64,000 nucleotides of DNA from Octopus sinensis (Eukaryota): NCBI RefSeq assembly GCF_006345805.1, contig NC_042997.1, positions 182,900,001 through 182,964,000 on the forward strand, written 5' to 3'. A program made the translations under genes and the position numbers. This document shows, piece by piece, positions 48,111 to 62,214 of this stretch (position 1 is the first letter of the stretch; each line of letters begins with the position of its first letter). The notes beneath the pieces were generated by a model. That model was not told the origin of the DNA. It saw only the letters and a program-made list of their open reading frames with translations, and did no database searches.

Positions 48111-49086
48111 ACTTGTGCGTACCTTTCCTTTATTGGACACTAAACTCTACTTGCGAAGGCCTGTTGAGGCAAGTGAAATCAAAATCAAAATCAAATTCGA
48201 TGACTGGCATCAATGCTAGTGGAGCACTAAGAGTACCATACGAGCATGATTGTTGCCAGAGCAACAAGCTGGCCTCTGGGCTGGTGGCACTTAAAAAGCA
48301 CCATTCGAGCGTGGTCGTTACCTGCGTTGCCTTACTGGCACTTGTGTTGGTGGCACATAAAAAACATTCAAGCGAGGTCCTTGCCAGTGCCGCTGGACTG
48401 GCTCCTGTGCAGGTGGCACATAAAACGCGCCATTTGAGCATGGCCGTTGCCAGTGCCACCTGACTGGCCCTCGTGCCGGTGGCACATAAAAGCACCCACT
48501 AAGCTCTCAGAGTGGTTGGCATTAGGAAGGGCATCCAGCTGTAGAAACTCTGCCAGATCAGATTGGAGTCTGGTGCAGCCATCTAGTTCGCTAGACCTCA
48601 GTCAAAACATCTAACCCGTGCTAGCATGGAAAGCAGACGTTAAACGATGATGATGATGTATATATATATATATAAATATATATATGCTTGCACACACACA
48701 TACACATGCACACTCACACGACTATATATATATAAAATATATAAATGAATTAAATTAGAAAGAGACACCAGGAGATATAAAGATTAAACCAAGAAATAGT
48801 ATTGAAAAACAGTAAGCTTCAAATTAGGGCTAAAAGATGACAAGACCACACATAAAAGTTTATGGACCTATAATTTTAGTTATGTTTTCTAACTACACCT
48901 CAAAATGCTCTCTAGCCAAATAAACTGTAGTATAACCAAAACCATACACCTACATAGAAGCACAAGCTCAGAAGTAAGAACATACAAAAGGAAAGCACAC
49001 AACTGCATTCACACAACCATATAGCTCTTATAGCCTTGTATAAACATATAAACCACACAGAGACTTACATTCACACACATACACAA

Positions 49087-49185
<99 letters not shown>

Positions 49186-50196
49186 TATATATACAATCAA
49201 CTAATAAGGGTGAGAAAATTGGATACTAATTTAATAGTACCATCAATTTAACACCAAGTGGCTTAGTGCATAAAAACCAGGAATACAATAAATTTTATAC
49301 GTAAATATAAGAGAGTGACCACTATGTGGTCAACTCTAGCACTAAAAATAGATCCGCTAGGTTTCAGCCACGAAGAATTGTTTCCGATGAAAGTTAGCAC
49401 AACTATTAGCGTAAACGAACAGGGCAAATACAAAATAACAAAAATGCAGATTAATTCAGGACAATTGTTTTGCTATTAATAAATTATGTAATTTTACTCA
49501 CATAACATATCTGTAGCTCCTCAGCTGAATTTGTCTAGAATACAATACATGCATACTTGCATACACACACATGCATACACACACACACACACACATTTTT
49601 TACTGCAACAAACTAATAACATAGGTATACACAAGCAAAAGACGCAACAATGTCATTTTTATTTTATGTTGTAACAGCATTATAATCAACTAAATAAATG
49701 GCCTCTTCATAACTAATTGTTCTTCACTAATTCATTTACTCTTTTACTTGTTTCAGTTATTTGACTGCAGCCATGCTGGAGCACTGCCTTTAGTCAAGCA
49801 AATCGACCCCAGGACTTATTCTTTGTAAGCCTAGTACTTATTCTATCGGTCTCTTTTGCCGAACCACTAAGTTACAGGGATGTAAACACACCAGCATTGG
49901 TTGTCAAGTGATGTTGGGAGGACAAACACAGATACACAAACATACACACACACACATATATAAATATATATATATATATACATACGACAGGCTTCTTTTC
50001 AGTTTCCGTCTACCAAATCCACTGTCAAGGCTTTGGTCAGCCCGAGGCTATAGTAGAAGACACTTGCCCAAGGTGCCACGCAGTGGGACTGAACCCAGAA
50101 CCATGTGGTTGGTAAGCAAGCTACTTACCACACAGCCACTCCTGCACCTATTTCTCAAATGCATCATCATCATCCAAAGCATGTTGTTACATATAC

Positions 50197-50227
<31 letters not shown>

Positions 50228-50269
50228 TGTATATATGTATGTATGTATATGTAAAGATTTTACAGAAGA

Positions 50270-50590
50270 TGCATGGCTTAGTGGTTAGGGTATTCGGCTC
50301 ACAATCATAAGGGTCACAAGTTCAATTCCCGACAGCTCATTGTGTCTTTGAGCAACCCACTTTATTTCACAGTGCTCCAGTCCACTCAGCTGGCAAAAGT
50401 GAGTATTTCAAGTACCTGCATTTCAAGGAGCCAGCTTTGTCACACCCTGTGTCATGCTGAATCTCCCTGAGATGTTTGTGAAGGGGTACGCGTATCTGTG
50501 GAGTACTCAGTCACTTGCACCTTAATCTGTTGAGCAAGCTGTTCTGTTAATCAGATCAACTGGAACCCTTATCATCGTGAGTAACAGTAT
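50270..50590 (+). mobile_element. tRNA-derived SINE family C
   Basis: TGGCTTAGTGG box A, AAGTTCAATTCC box B, TTGAGCAA..CACTTTATTTCAC central domain. Confidence 0.7.
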
Positions 50591-50877
50591 GCCAGTTAAA
50601 CATATGAATAAACAAATACAGTCCATTAGCAGAGCTTTCTATGGTAGCCACATGATTCTCTAAATCCATATCTTATATTATAAATGTGTGTGTGCATATG
50701 CATGTGTTTGTATACATATATAGCCAAAGAGAGAGGAGAGGCAGAGGGGAAGAGAGACAGGGGGGAGGTGGAAGAGAATGAGAAAGAGGAACTCAAATAT
50801 GCAAGCAGAATAACAGGACTGACAGAGGGTTTATCTAGTACATCTTTCTTTGTATTCCTACTTCTGAAATTTATTCT

Positions 50878-50920
<43 letters not shown>

Positions 50921-51567
50921 GTAACTGTTATGTATACAATTAAAGCAATTATTGCTTTATGAAATAGCATCTGCCATTAACAAACCATTACACTATAAGT
51001 GTAGTAGTCTACGTTAATGGCTTTAATACAATAGCTGAAATTTGATAGAAACATTCCTCTATGAGAAACCTTATTGAAAGAGACACCATATGTATCTGTC
51101 ATAAAACCATTGTAATGACAGACGTAAGTCATGTGCTGGACTGAAAAATGTGTAACATTTACTTAGATTTCATTTTGAGTTCAAATTCTGGGATAAATAA
51201 CTACCAAACCACATACTGAGGATACAATTAAATCAATTTTATTTCTTTTCTGAAATTTGAGACCTTGTAACGAAATGAAAAATCATTGCTTCTGCAGAAC
51301 CAGTTGAGCATCTTCGACATAATATCTTACAGAATTTAGTTATGACCCCTTGCAAACTGAGTTCAAATACTGCCAAAGCTGACTTCGCTTTTTATCTTTC
51401 CATAGGCAATGAAATATAGTAAAAACTATTTTGTGACATTGCTAAGTAACTCTTGTGAGTTATTTGGCAACCTTATAATGCTGGTGCCATGTAAAAAGCA
51501 CAAAGTATGCTCTATTAAGTTGTTGACACTAAGAAAGATATCCAACCACAGAAAGCATGCAAAAACA

Positions 51568-51959
51568 ATCTATATATATATATATATAAAGCTGAAGTTG
51601 TCTGGTTTGGTAGCCTTCAACTAACACTATCTCCTCCGAGACCCTGCGGCGCAAGTTGACCAAAATTGAGAGTAAGATAGAAGAAGGCTTGCTCTTCCTT
51701 TTTTAGAAGAAAAAAATTCAAATCAGACCATGTTAACGCCAAAAATTATTTACATCAAAAAGGTGCTTTTTTTTCTATGAAAATCCCCATTTTTTATCAT
51801 TTTTTTTACTGCTGTGTCACCATTTTTCGGTGTATTTCAACCAGAAAAATGTTCACTTAAAGAGAATTACAAGCTACATAATGCAAAATTTTTACTTTTC
51901 AAAAATTCCAATTCTAAGGGTCGAAACAAACCCGAGCAACGCTGTGCGATACTGCTAGT
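51568..51959 (-). mobile_element. Non-autonomous Helitron-like element
   Basis: Reverse complement begins ACTAGCAGTATCGCACAGCGTTGCTCGGG and ends CAGCTTTATATATATAG. Confidence 0.6.
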
Positions 51960-52136
51960 GTAGTCTAACAACCTCCTCTAGTGAAGAAAATATGAAGAAG
52001 GTTAATTCATAAAGTGGAATGAGAAGAAAGAAAAGCAAAGTCAGAAAACCAATAGCTTTGTCCCCTTTGTCTGTAGAAATTATAATTAATCTAGCTAGTG
52101 TAAAATAATATACCAGAGAATCTGTGTGATGGCTAC

Positions 52137-52328
52137 TCAGTTCGTAGATGGGGTTGTCTGCAACTTCAACAAAAGAAACTTGATCATGTGCCTGAATATG
52201 GTAAAAATTTCAGATCTGGAATGAAGTAGAGTGGTGGAATTCTTGGATCTAAAGAGAATGTGCAATCTTACTGCTACACATAATTTGCACTTCTTTGATC
52301 CATTTATATATGGCATAGGTTTCTTCAT
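52137..52328 (-). mobile_element. Penelope-like element C-terminal fragment
   Basis: PY.NGSKKCKLC...LHIL......LLHSRSEIF..FRH..KFLL resembles the Cys/His tail after GIY-YIG in some PLEs. Confidence 0.62.
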
Positions 52329-52562
52329 GATTCTGCACTTGATTGTATGCAGTGTGCAATCTTTATATCCAACTTAACATGGATCTTTTGTTAGAATGCC
52401 AAATACTGGGGTGTTTACTTCTCCTATGGATATATATGGTGCATAAAAGCATGCATATTTATAGATCTTATAGAGGCCATGTTTATTTGTTTGAGATTTG
52501 TTGCGCACGTGTGTGTGCATGCCACCACATACCAGCATGAAAAGCATATGTAAATGGCTGCT

Positions 52563-52712
52563 GCTGCTACAGCTGACAATGATGACTTTGATGATGATGA
52601 CTCTGATGATGATGACTCTGATGATGACTCTAATGATGACTTTAATGATGACTCTGATGATGATGATGACAACGATGACGACGACGATGATGATAATGAT
52701 AATGATGATTAT
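52563..52712. repeat. (GAT/GAC/AAT)n compound trinucleotide repeat; similar tract at 8270-8350
   Basis: Directly visible. Confidence 0.9.
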
Positions 52713-53169
52713 TGTATTCATTGGTTTTGTTGATTTTGTATTCATACTAGACTGGGTGAAATGCAATGTAAATGGAAGTTGTCAACTGTCTCAATTGTGT
52801 TCATGTATATACATAACATCATTGCATTAATTATGAGAAAAAAAAGGATAGTCTCATTAATACTAACTGTAAATTGATCAATAGAGAACTAGAATTCACA
52901 GAATTTACAATGATCAGTCATGAGGATGGACAATGAGATCTTTTTTTAACAGCAATAAGGAATATTAATATATAATTTCTATAATTTACTATAATGATAT
53001 AAAATGGCCATCTTTACGTAACTTGCATAAATTATCCAATGAAAATAACATTTATTATAAAAACTAGATCACATAGAGACAACAAAACACTTTGTGTTTT
53101 TTCTTCCTGGCTGGTTTGCTTTTCAACAAATTTAACTTTCTGACCTTTCATTGGTGAATTGACTTGCAA

Positions 53170-54287
53170 GCCACATGGCACATTTTTAGACAGTCATTCA
53201 AACAAGTAGAAAAATCAGCACACACCCGGATTTTGTTATTTTTATAATACACACAGTTGGTGCTACACTCTTATAATAATAATCTACTTTTTGAATAATT
53301 CCCAATTTCTCCAATCGGTCTACTTGCTTTATTGCAGCAAATGGTACCTTTCTATTAGGTTTGAATACAAGTACGACGGTTTCCTTTGTTTGAAAACAGG
53401 CCTCAGTCTTAGAACAGAGACCTAATTTATCTGACAGTACTTCAGGTAACAAGTTTTTAAATGTTTTCTTCAATTCAACTGCTGAGTTATTTTCATTGGC
53501 GAGACAGCTATTTATATTTTTACAGAACAGATTTATGGACCCATAAGTCAAACAACTCCAACCAGTCCATACCAAACAGATTGCTTGCATGTTTTACCTC
53601 GCAAACTTTTGTTTCACAGGTTTTTCCCCAAAATGTGATATGCCACATTTCACCTATGAAGTGTAGTTTTTCACCTGTCACTCCTCCTGCAATTTTTGAT
53701 GTTTTTCTTAACATAGGTTTCCCAATTCTTAACCAAGTGTTGGTATTAATAATTGAGATGTCTCTACCAGTATCTACTTGTAATTTAATATTCACTTTGT
53801 TTACTTTTACATGTACAAATTTCCTCCTTTTGGTGCTGCTTCTACTTTCCATTGAGAAAACTTTAGAAAACTTTATGTTCAACCTTCCTAACTTTGCTCT
53901 GAAATGTGAGCTCTTGTGTCCTACTTTTTGAAAACTAACATTTTCGCATTTTGAAAGGACAATCCTTCCTGAAATGTAGGGCTCCACATCCGTAGTATGA
54001 GTTTGCTCTTAACATTTTCTTTTGTTTATACCTTGCCAGTTAGCATGCTTGTAATTGTGAGAATTCCTCCTCTTCAATTTTCTTTACATCCCAACATAAG
54101 TTTACCGTTCTTTGACACTTCTCTGCAACTGTCTGCAGGGTTAAACTTTGGTCCACTTGTTCAAGCTTTGTGAGAATTCTTGCACGTATTTCCACATCTT
54201 TGTCAGACATAAGCCCATGTACAAAACTGAGGCACTTAAACATATCAGAAGTTAGTTCCTTCAGTTTAAACTTTTTGCACATTCAAT
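53170..54287 (-). mobile_element. Ty3/Gypsy (K02A2.6-like) relic: gag, aspartic protease, start of RT
   Basis: IRARILTKLEQ..LTL..VAE.CQR (gag); KLQVDTGRDISII (DTG protease); NLFGMDW; FKPNRKVPFAA..Q.DRLEKLGIIQKVDY...APTV; frameshifted. Confidence 0.9.
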
Positions 54288-56730
54288 CCATTGCTTACAC
54301 TGGGTACATCTTATGGAGTTTCTACCTACACCTTTTCTACAGATCGAGCAGGGCCACCTACCTGAGAGGGTGTGTGATGTGTTCGCCTTCCTACTTACTA
54401 GAACTTTGGTCTCTGCTACATTGACTCTAAAGCCTTTTGATTCTAAACCTTGCTTCCACACCCGAAATTTCTTTTCTAGTTCTGGTAGTGAGTCTGCTAT
54501 GAGGGTCAGGTCATCAGCATAGAAGAGCTCCCAGGAGTAACCCATCTTGAATTCCTCTGTTACTGCCTGGAGGACTATGATGAATAAAAGGGGACTGAGA
54601 GCTGAACCTTGGTGGACCCCTACTTCTACCCAGAATTATTCACTATACTCATTGCCAATCCTAATCTCACTAATGGCCTCTCTGCATAGGGCCTGTACAG
54701 CGCTTATTAACCATTCGTCAATCCCCAATTTCTGCATCGCCCACCAGATAAGGGATCAGGGGACCCTGTCAAAAGCTTTCTCCAAGTCTACAAAAGCTAA
54801 GTATAGGGGTTTATCTTTAGCTAGGTATTTCTTCTGCAGTTGTCAAACCAGGAATATAGCATCAGTAGTGCTTCTGCCCAGCACAAAACCAACCTGCATC
54901 TCATATAAGCAGCCTATCTCCCTAATGAGATGAACTATGACCCTCTCCATGACCTTCATCACCTGATCCATCAGTCTGATACCTCTGTAATTATTTCTAT
55001 CTAGAACATCACCTTTACCCTTGTAGCAGTTGACTATGGTACTGCTACGCCAGTCATTGGGTATGACTCCATCATGAACTACCTGGTTTACAATGTGGGT
55101 GACTAGACCATAGCCCACACCACCAGATGTTTTAAGCATCTCAGCAGTGATTCCTGATGGGCCGGGGGCTTTTCCTGGCTTCATACCCCTAATTGCTTTA
55201 TCTACCAGGGAGCTGTCAATTCAGATATCTGGTCCCTCTACTTGGTCAACATTTTGCAGGCTCTCCTTCTCCCATTCATTCTCCACATTCAGCAGTCTTT
55301 TATAATGGCTTCTCCAAGCCTCTTTCTTTTCCGAATCCTTAAAAGCAAGTACACCATCATTAATGCAGACACATTTCTCTCCTGTGACATCACAATTTTC
55401 TCTCACACACTGTCTTGCAATCCGAAATACTTCAGTTCTTTGGTCCTCATGTCGCTGGACATTGGCAAACTTCTTTTTTTCTGCTTCACTCTTGGCTATG
55501 TATACCTGCCGCCCAGCCTCCCTTTTGGCTACCTGGTACAGTTCCCTGCTACCCCCTCCCTTCCAGGCTTTCTAGGCCTGTTTCTTTGCTCTAATGGCTT
55601 TGTCTACCATACTATTCCACCACCACGTAACTCTGGATCTGGAAGGGACTTTGCACCATTTGCAGACTTTGTCTGTGGCACTCAGCAAATTGTCCCGTAG
55701 GAATTTCCAGCTACCTTCTGTGTCTGATGTCTGTAGCTCCTCCTCCCTCTCATCAAATTTCTTGATGAGGATGTCCCTAAATCTCTGACCATGTGAAGTG
55801 TTCTGTAGCTTCCAAATCCTTCTTTTTTGGATTGGTCTGCTTCTTGGTATCCTTCTGGCCTCTAGCCTAAAGTCACTAATGACTAGCCTATGCTGTGGGG
55901 TACATTCTTCGCCTGGGAGGGTCTTTGTACTTAAAAGCAACCCTATGTCCCATTGTCTTGTGAGGATGAAATCAATCTGGCTAGCAGAGTCCCCTGATTG
56001 ATAGGTTATCAGGTGGCTGTCTGGTTTCCTGAAGTTAGTGTTGCAGATTAAAAGGTTACATGCATCACAGAACTCTAGTAGCCCTTGTCATTTCAGGTAC
56101 CAATACCATGGCCCCTGTGTACACCAGTGAAGATACTGGATTGCCACCCAACATGCCCATTAAAATCTCCAGCCACAAAGATGAGGTCATTGCCACTCAT
56201 CTTTGAGGTAGTCTGTAGAAGGGTATCATGAAAATGGTCCTTCTGATCATTTGGTAGGCCCACTTGTGGGATGTAGGCAAAGATAATTGTAGCTGTGCTG
56301 TTCTGCAGGACTAGCCTGAACTTAAGCACTCTATTGCATACCCTGACAACCTCTATGACCTTATCTACCCATTTCTCTACAAGGAGTATGCCTACACCAC
56401 CCACTCCATCCATGTTACCGTGCCAGAAGATTTTGTACCAATATGCCTTGCCTGTGAGGACCCTAGCTGAAGATCCTCTCCATCTTACCTCTTGTATGCA
56501 GCATACATCGACACATCTCCTTTCAAGCATCTCTACAATCTCACTAGACCTACCTTTCAGTGTACCTACATTGACTGTGCCAACTCTGAAAACTGGGAAA
56601 GGAATGTGGGGTGAGGTATGGGGAGGGGAGATGTTATTCAGTGCCTGAAAAGAAGAGGGTGGTTGTCGTGTTGGTTTTTTTAGGCATGCTTCATCTACTC
56701 TCATTTCCAACCTGACATCATTCAAACATT
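54288..56730 (-). mobile_element. Decayed RTE LINE with APE endonuclease and RT, 3'-truncated within the PHD insert; C/T-rich putative 5' UTR extends to about 57480
   Basis: RVGTVNVGTL...VDVCCIQEVRW, GVGILL, VAGDFNGHVG, QHRLVISDF, KAPGPSGI, NNYRGIRL, LFYADDL in several frames. Confidence 0.93.
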
Positions 56731-57680
56731 AAAGCATGTTAGGATTAAGATCGTTGCCCCTACTATAGGTAGGATTAGGTGTTTTAGGTGTTAGCGGCAT
56801 TATGAGTATAATCATTATGGTCATCGTAAGGGTGGGGGTGTATTTCCCTCAGAGAGAGAGGAAGCAAGTTCATCCATACATACACACAAGCATACACATA
56901 CACAGACACAGGCAAACAAGCACACACATACAGTCCATTAGCTGTCTCCTTCATTTGATATATGCATGGAAAATTACTGGGTAGTTGTTGGAATATTTCT
57001 AGATGGGACAAAATGAAATGAAGGATAGTCAGTTAAGTAGGAGGGCAGCTAACCTAGTTGCAATTTTCAGCACCAGAGAAGAAGGGAGATTGAGAGAAGA
57101 GGTAATGGTGGTGAGAAATTGCTAGACAATGAAATGAAATGAAGGGCAACTGAGTTAGTTGCATATGTCCCAGGAGAGAGAGAGGGAGAGAGGAAGAGTG
57201 CAGGTAATATATAGAGAACACAGCCCAGTGAGGAGGAGCAGTGGAGAGAAGAGACATCAGGTAAGGGTGGTTGGAGGAGAGAGAGATATCCAGTGTAGAT
57301 GGTGAGCAGATAAAGATAAAGATCAGGGTAAAGATCGAGATATTCGGTATTGGTGGTGGGGGCGGGACAGTTTAATTTGGGGAAATGGTATGAGGATCTA
57401 ACGAAAGTAGCAGGAGTGTTTAGTATAGTATACAGTCATAGTGTTCATGGCGGATGAGAAATTAAAATAGAGAAATGAGGAATAAGAAATTAAACAGGCC
57501 AACAGACGAGTAATTATCCTAATTTAATTAGCTTCTGATATATATATATAAATGAAAGAATGGAATTGAACGACGAATTAACAAAATTCCTTTATTCTCG
57601 ACATATGTTTCGAAGGCTGCATATTCCTAATTTCTGACGTGAATTTGCTATCCAGGTATCGGTTAACCGAATTATCCATA

Positions 57681-58063
57681 ACTAGCAGTATCGCCCGGCG
57701 TTGCTCAGGTTTGTAAGGGAAATAACTATAAAGCATTTTTAGAGAGTTATAGCCAAAAAATAGCAAAAAAATGGAAAAAAATGATGGTAAATTTTTTTTA
57801 GTTAAAAAAGGTGGAGTTGCGTCCCCTAGACAGTTTGCGGTTTGTGTTTCTGATTCTCGACCCCATGTCGAATTTATCGATTTTTTTCAGAACTGGGGGA
57901 ACTTTTCAAAATTTTCGCTGCGTTAGTTTTGAATTATGACATTGGACTATGTGTGTGTCAAGTTTCATCAGAATCGGTTGAAAGCCGTGGTCAGGGTGAG
58001 GGTACAAGCAAACAGACACACAGAAACACGCACAGACAAACTGCTGTTTATATAGAGAGAGAT
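57681..58063 (+). mobile_element. Non-autonomous Helitron-like element
   Basis: ACTAGCAGTATCGCCCGGCGTTGCTCAGG start, CTGCTGTTTATATAGAGAGAGAT end; CpG largely intact. Confidence 0.62.
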
Positions 58064-58330
58064 AAGATAATTCATTCAACTACTTAAATATATATATAAT
58101 TTAGATAAAACTTAGATATGTTTCGACCAAAGATTGGTCCAGGCCATGTATGTATGTGAATATGTATATATCTCATAATAATGACCTTTATGACTCGTAT
58201 TACTACCTCTGTCAATCTAAATGTATATATTTGTCACTACCTGTCATAAATAGCCTTTTTCAATCTGCAATATGCATTTTCATTGATTTCCACATGTATT
58301 TTATATTTTCTTTTCGTAACATATTTCTAC

Positions 58331-58361
<31 letters not shown>

Positions 58362-58599
58362 TCGTTTTTGTGTTTGGTTTGCAAGATTCTTTATGTGATT
58401 TTGTGTGTTGAAGCATATCTTATTTTGTCTAGGGAGAGTCATTCTCTTTTAGTGCCTAATTAATTTAACGCACTCACCAATTTCCACTCATTTACTTATT
58501 TATTTTTGCTAAAATTTTCATTGCAACTTGCAACCTTTTCAATAGTTGTTGACTCTGTCCATTATTGGAATTGCATTCTTCTTTTGTATTTTTCATATG

Positions 58600-59104
58600 C
58601 ATGCGTTTGCTTCAGTGTGCATGCACATACATATATTTATGTATGTATGGGTGTATGTATTTATGTATATATGTGTGTATGTTTGTATGTGTGTTTATGC
58701 ATGTATGTGTCTGTGTTTATGTCTGTATGTGTGTGTGTGTGCATATATATATGTATGCATGTGTGCATGTTTGTATATATGTATATATTCACTACACTCA
58801 CAGAGTGGTTGGCATTAGGAAGGGCATCCAGCTGTAGAAACACTGCAAGATCAGACTGGTGCCTGGTGCAGCCTCCTGGCTTCCCAGACTCCGATTGAAC
58901 CATCCAACCCATGCTAGCATGGAAAACGGACGTTAAACGATGATGATGATGATGTATGCATGTATGTATGAACTCTGCATGTTTGTGTATATGCATGTGT
59001 GTGTCCATACATATATATAGGTATGCATGTGTGCATGTTTGTATGTATGTATGTATTCTGCATATCCATGAGCTTGTGTGTTCATGTTTGTGTGTTTGTA
59101 TGTG

Positions 59105-59165
<61 letters not shown>

Positions 59166-59560
59166 TTGATTGTGTACCTTTGTCTCCTTGTGTGTGCATG
59201 TTTGAGTGTCTGTATATGGGTTTGTGTGACTCTTATGTATGTGTGCCTCTTATGTATGGATATCTATCTCCATATGTGTCCTTGTGTGAAGTGCGCATGT
59301 GTGTATATGGTCATGTGTTTCAGTCTTCATTTGTATGCATGTATGTGTGTGTTTGTACCCATCTGTCTATATTACCTATGTACCTGTCTATCTGTATATC
59401 TACCTGTCCATACACATATCCATTTACCCATATATATATATACATATACATACATTTTATATTTACATACACACATATACACACACACCACACACACACA
59501 CACCTACATAACGGCCTACTATCAACACTGTCTATGTATATATAAACTGTGGATATTGGG
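58600..59560. repeat. Degenerate (TG)n/(TA)n/(CA)n microsatellite field interrupted by an RTE 3' end
   Basis: Source of the V/C/Y/H-rich ORFs 58506-59684. Confidence 0.9.
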
Positions 59561-59569
59561 GTATGACAC

Positions 59570-59839
59570 CTACGTATATTTCCTATTTAGTACTGGGCAT
59601 GTTTCATTAATGATGATGTACTCTTGTACTTGTCTGAGTGTTGGGTCCTTCAGGCGCTTGGATAAAATGCAGATGTCAAGTTGACCCAGTGTGCCTTGTT
59701 GGCCTTTGGCATGTTGGTAGAGTATGGAGGATTGTTTTTTATTGTCATATTGTCTCAGATGTTCATTTAGTCTCTCCGCAATAGTCCTAGATGTCTCACC
59801 TATGTATATTATGTTCTTGTCTTTACAAGCACTCTCCAT
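59570..59839 (-). mobile_element. Penelope-like GIY-YIG endonuclease fragment
   Basis: YIGETSRTIAERLNEH...SILYQH...RQVQEYIII...PVLNRK. Confidence 0.85.
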
Positions 59840-62214
59840 GCCCCTTATGCTGTATTCTCAAAATGATACATCCTACATAGCTGTGATCTGATGGAGCTCC
59901 TTGGCTACCAAATCTACTCATAAAGGGTTTGGTTGGTGGGACTGAACCTGAAACCTTGCGGTTGGGAAACAAGCTTCTTACCACATAGTCACACCAGGAT
60001 TGACAAAACTATAAGAGGATTAAGAAAGATGTCTTGCAGTAATCTGCTCCCATTCTTTGTGTTCTGTCAGCAACGACTGCAATGACAATGCTATTGAATT
60101 GTACTAATCCAAGTTGGTAACTTTCCCTTAAATAAACATTGATGGCCTTTCCTTTGAATAGACATCAGTAAGAGAAGACTTGCATATATAGAGCAATTGT
60201 TAGTTTTCCTCAACAAACTCTTGTTTAGGCTTGCATATACATGTACAAAAGCTTAGTCGACCTTGACTAATGTAGACCCTAGAAGATAATGATCATGAAT
60301 GTAAACATATAAATGTTTTTAATAGCAACAATAACTCTGTGGGGAAGGCTGTTGTTTTAATTTTTAATTGCAATTTACCCCAATATCAGATTACTTGTCT
60401 GAAAACAGCTATTGTTGTTTTTGCATTTGGTTTGCAAGATTCTTGTGTGTTGAAATAGATTTCAGTGCATCTCGAATGGTTGTTATAACAATAATTAACA
60501 TCTGCGTTGGTTCTGTTTCACTTCTTTTATTAATATTGGTCGTTAGTTAACCTTTTAACCAGTTAACTATTCAATTGTTTGATAAATCATTCAGTCAATC
60601 AACCAATCAGCTTGATCTATCAAAGTCCTTTGGTCACTATTCATAACCTCAATAAAGACTATTCTAAGTTTGTCTGCCTGTCTCTTATTGTACTATTCTT
60701 GTATTCTACTTTATTTAACTCTTTTACTAGTTTCATCCCTTTGACTGTGGCTATGCTGTAGCACCAGCTTCTATGTGTCATCAATACATTGACCCTAATA
60801 CATAATTTCTTGATCAGTACTTACATTATTCTATCAACCTCAGAAGAGTGCAAAGCAAAATTGATTGAACTCAAACCATGGAATAACCTAACTGAATTCC
60901 ACAAAGATTTTCTTTTCTTTGATGCTCTACCAATTCTTATTTCTTTATTGCCCACAAGGGCTAAACATAGAGAGGACAAACAAGGACAGACAAAGGGATT
61001 AGGTCAATTACATCGACCTTCATATGTAACTGGTACTTAATTTATCAACCCTGAAAGGATGAAAGGTAAAGTTGACCTCGGTGGAATTTGAACTCAGAAC
61101 ATAACGGCAGACGAAATACCGCTAAGCACTTCGCCCCTCGTGCTAACATTTCTGCCAGCTCTGCCAACCATTAACCTATCCTGCAGATAGTATTGTGAGG
61201 TTTTTTGAGGATTTATTTTGTTTCTGTTTATTTATTGAACCTATTCCATTTCACTTTTGCTTCAAATAACTCAAGGAGAAGCAGGAACTTCACAACTTCC
61301 AATGTCTCTGAAACCACCACCATCATCATCACTACCACTATAATAAGATAGAAAATATACGTCTTCCATACTGGCATAGGTTGGATGGTTTGATAAGAGC
61401 TGGCAAGGCCAGGAGCTGCACCAGGGTCCATTGTCTGTTTTGGCATCATTTTCTACAGCTGGATGCTCTTCCTAATGCCAACCACTTTACAGAGTGTTCA
61501 GGGTGCTTTTTATGTGGCACCAGCACTAACAGGGTCACCAAGCACCTTGTAAGATAAAAAAGCCCTCAACTAGGAGGAGGAAGTAGTACTGAGTGTGTTG
61601 GTGTGGCTGGCTTTGTAACAGTTGAAAAATTAAGGGTATAGAGAGAGACAGTGATAGGTGTTTTTCAGTAGAGTAGATACATGGATACCCAAGTTAGAAA
61701 AGAAAGGAGAGTGAGTGAGTTAGAAAGTAAAATAAAGAGAAAAGATGTGTTAGTACATGTCCTTGTGGGACACTGGGGGTGATGAGTGGACTGGATTAAT
61801 GAACAGGATAGTAGTGAATGAAGCAAGTAATGAAAAGAAATATAGGAGAGACTCAAGGTGGGTGGGGCTGCAGTAGATGTGTGAGGGCATTGAGGATGAT
61901 AGAAAATAAGTGAGGTGTTAATGATGGAGTGAGAAGACACAGAAAGAAGGTGATTGGTGGAGACAGTAGGCAAGGGAAGTTAATGGGACACAGAAGTGGT
62001 TCAGGGTAGAGGAAGAAAGGTAACTGAGAAAACAGGAGGATGTTGTATGTGCTTGTTCTGCTCTCAATTAGCTATTATACATTTATTGCAGTAATTAACA
62101 AAATAATTATTTAATAAATAATTAAATAATTAAATAAAATTAAGAAAATATGAAGTATGCCATAATAATAATTTAATAATCTTATATAATTTGAATTTAT
62201 AAATACCTTGTAAT

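Noticed and set aside
58506-59684. Long Cys/Val/Tyr-rich ORFs up to 242 aa
   Set aside because: Dinucleotide microsatellite artefacts.
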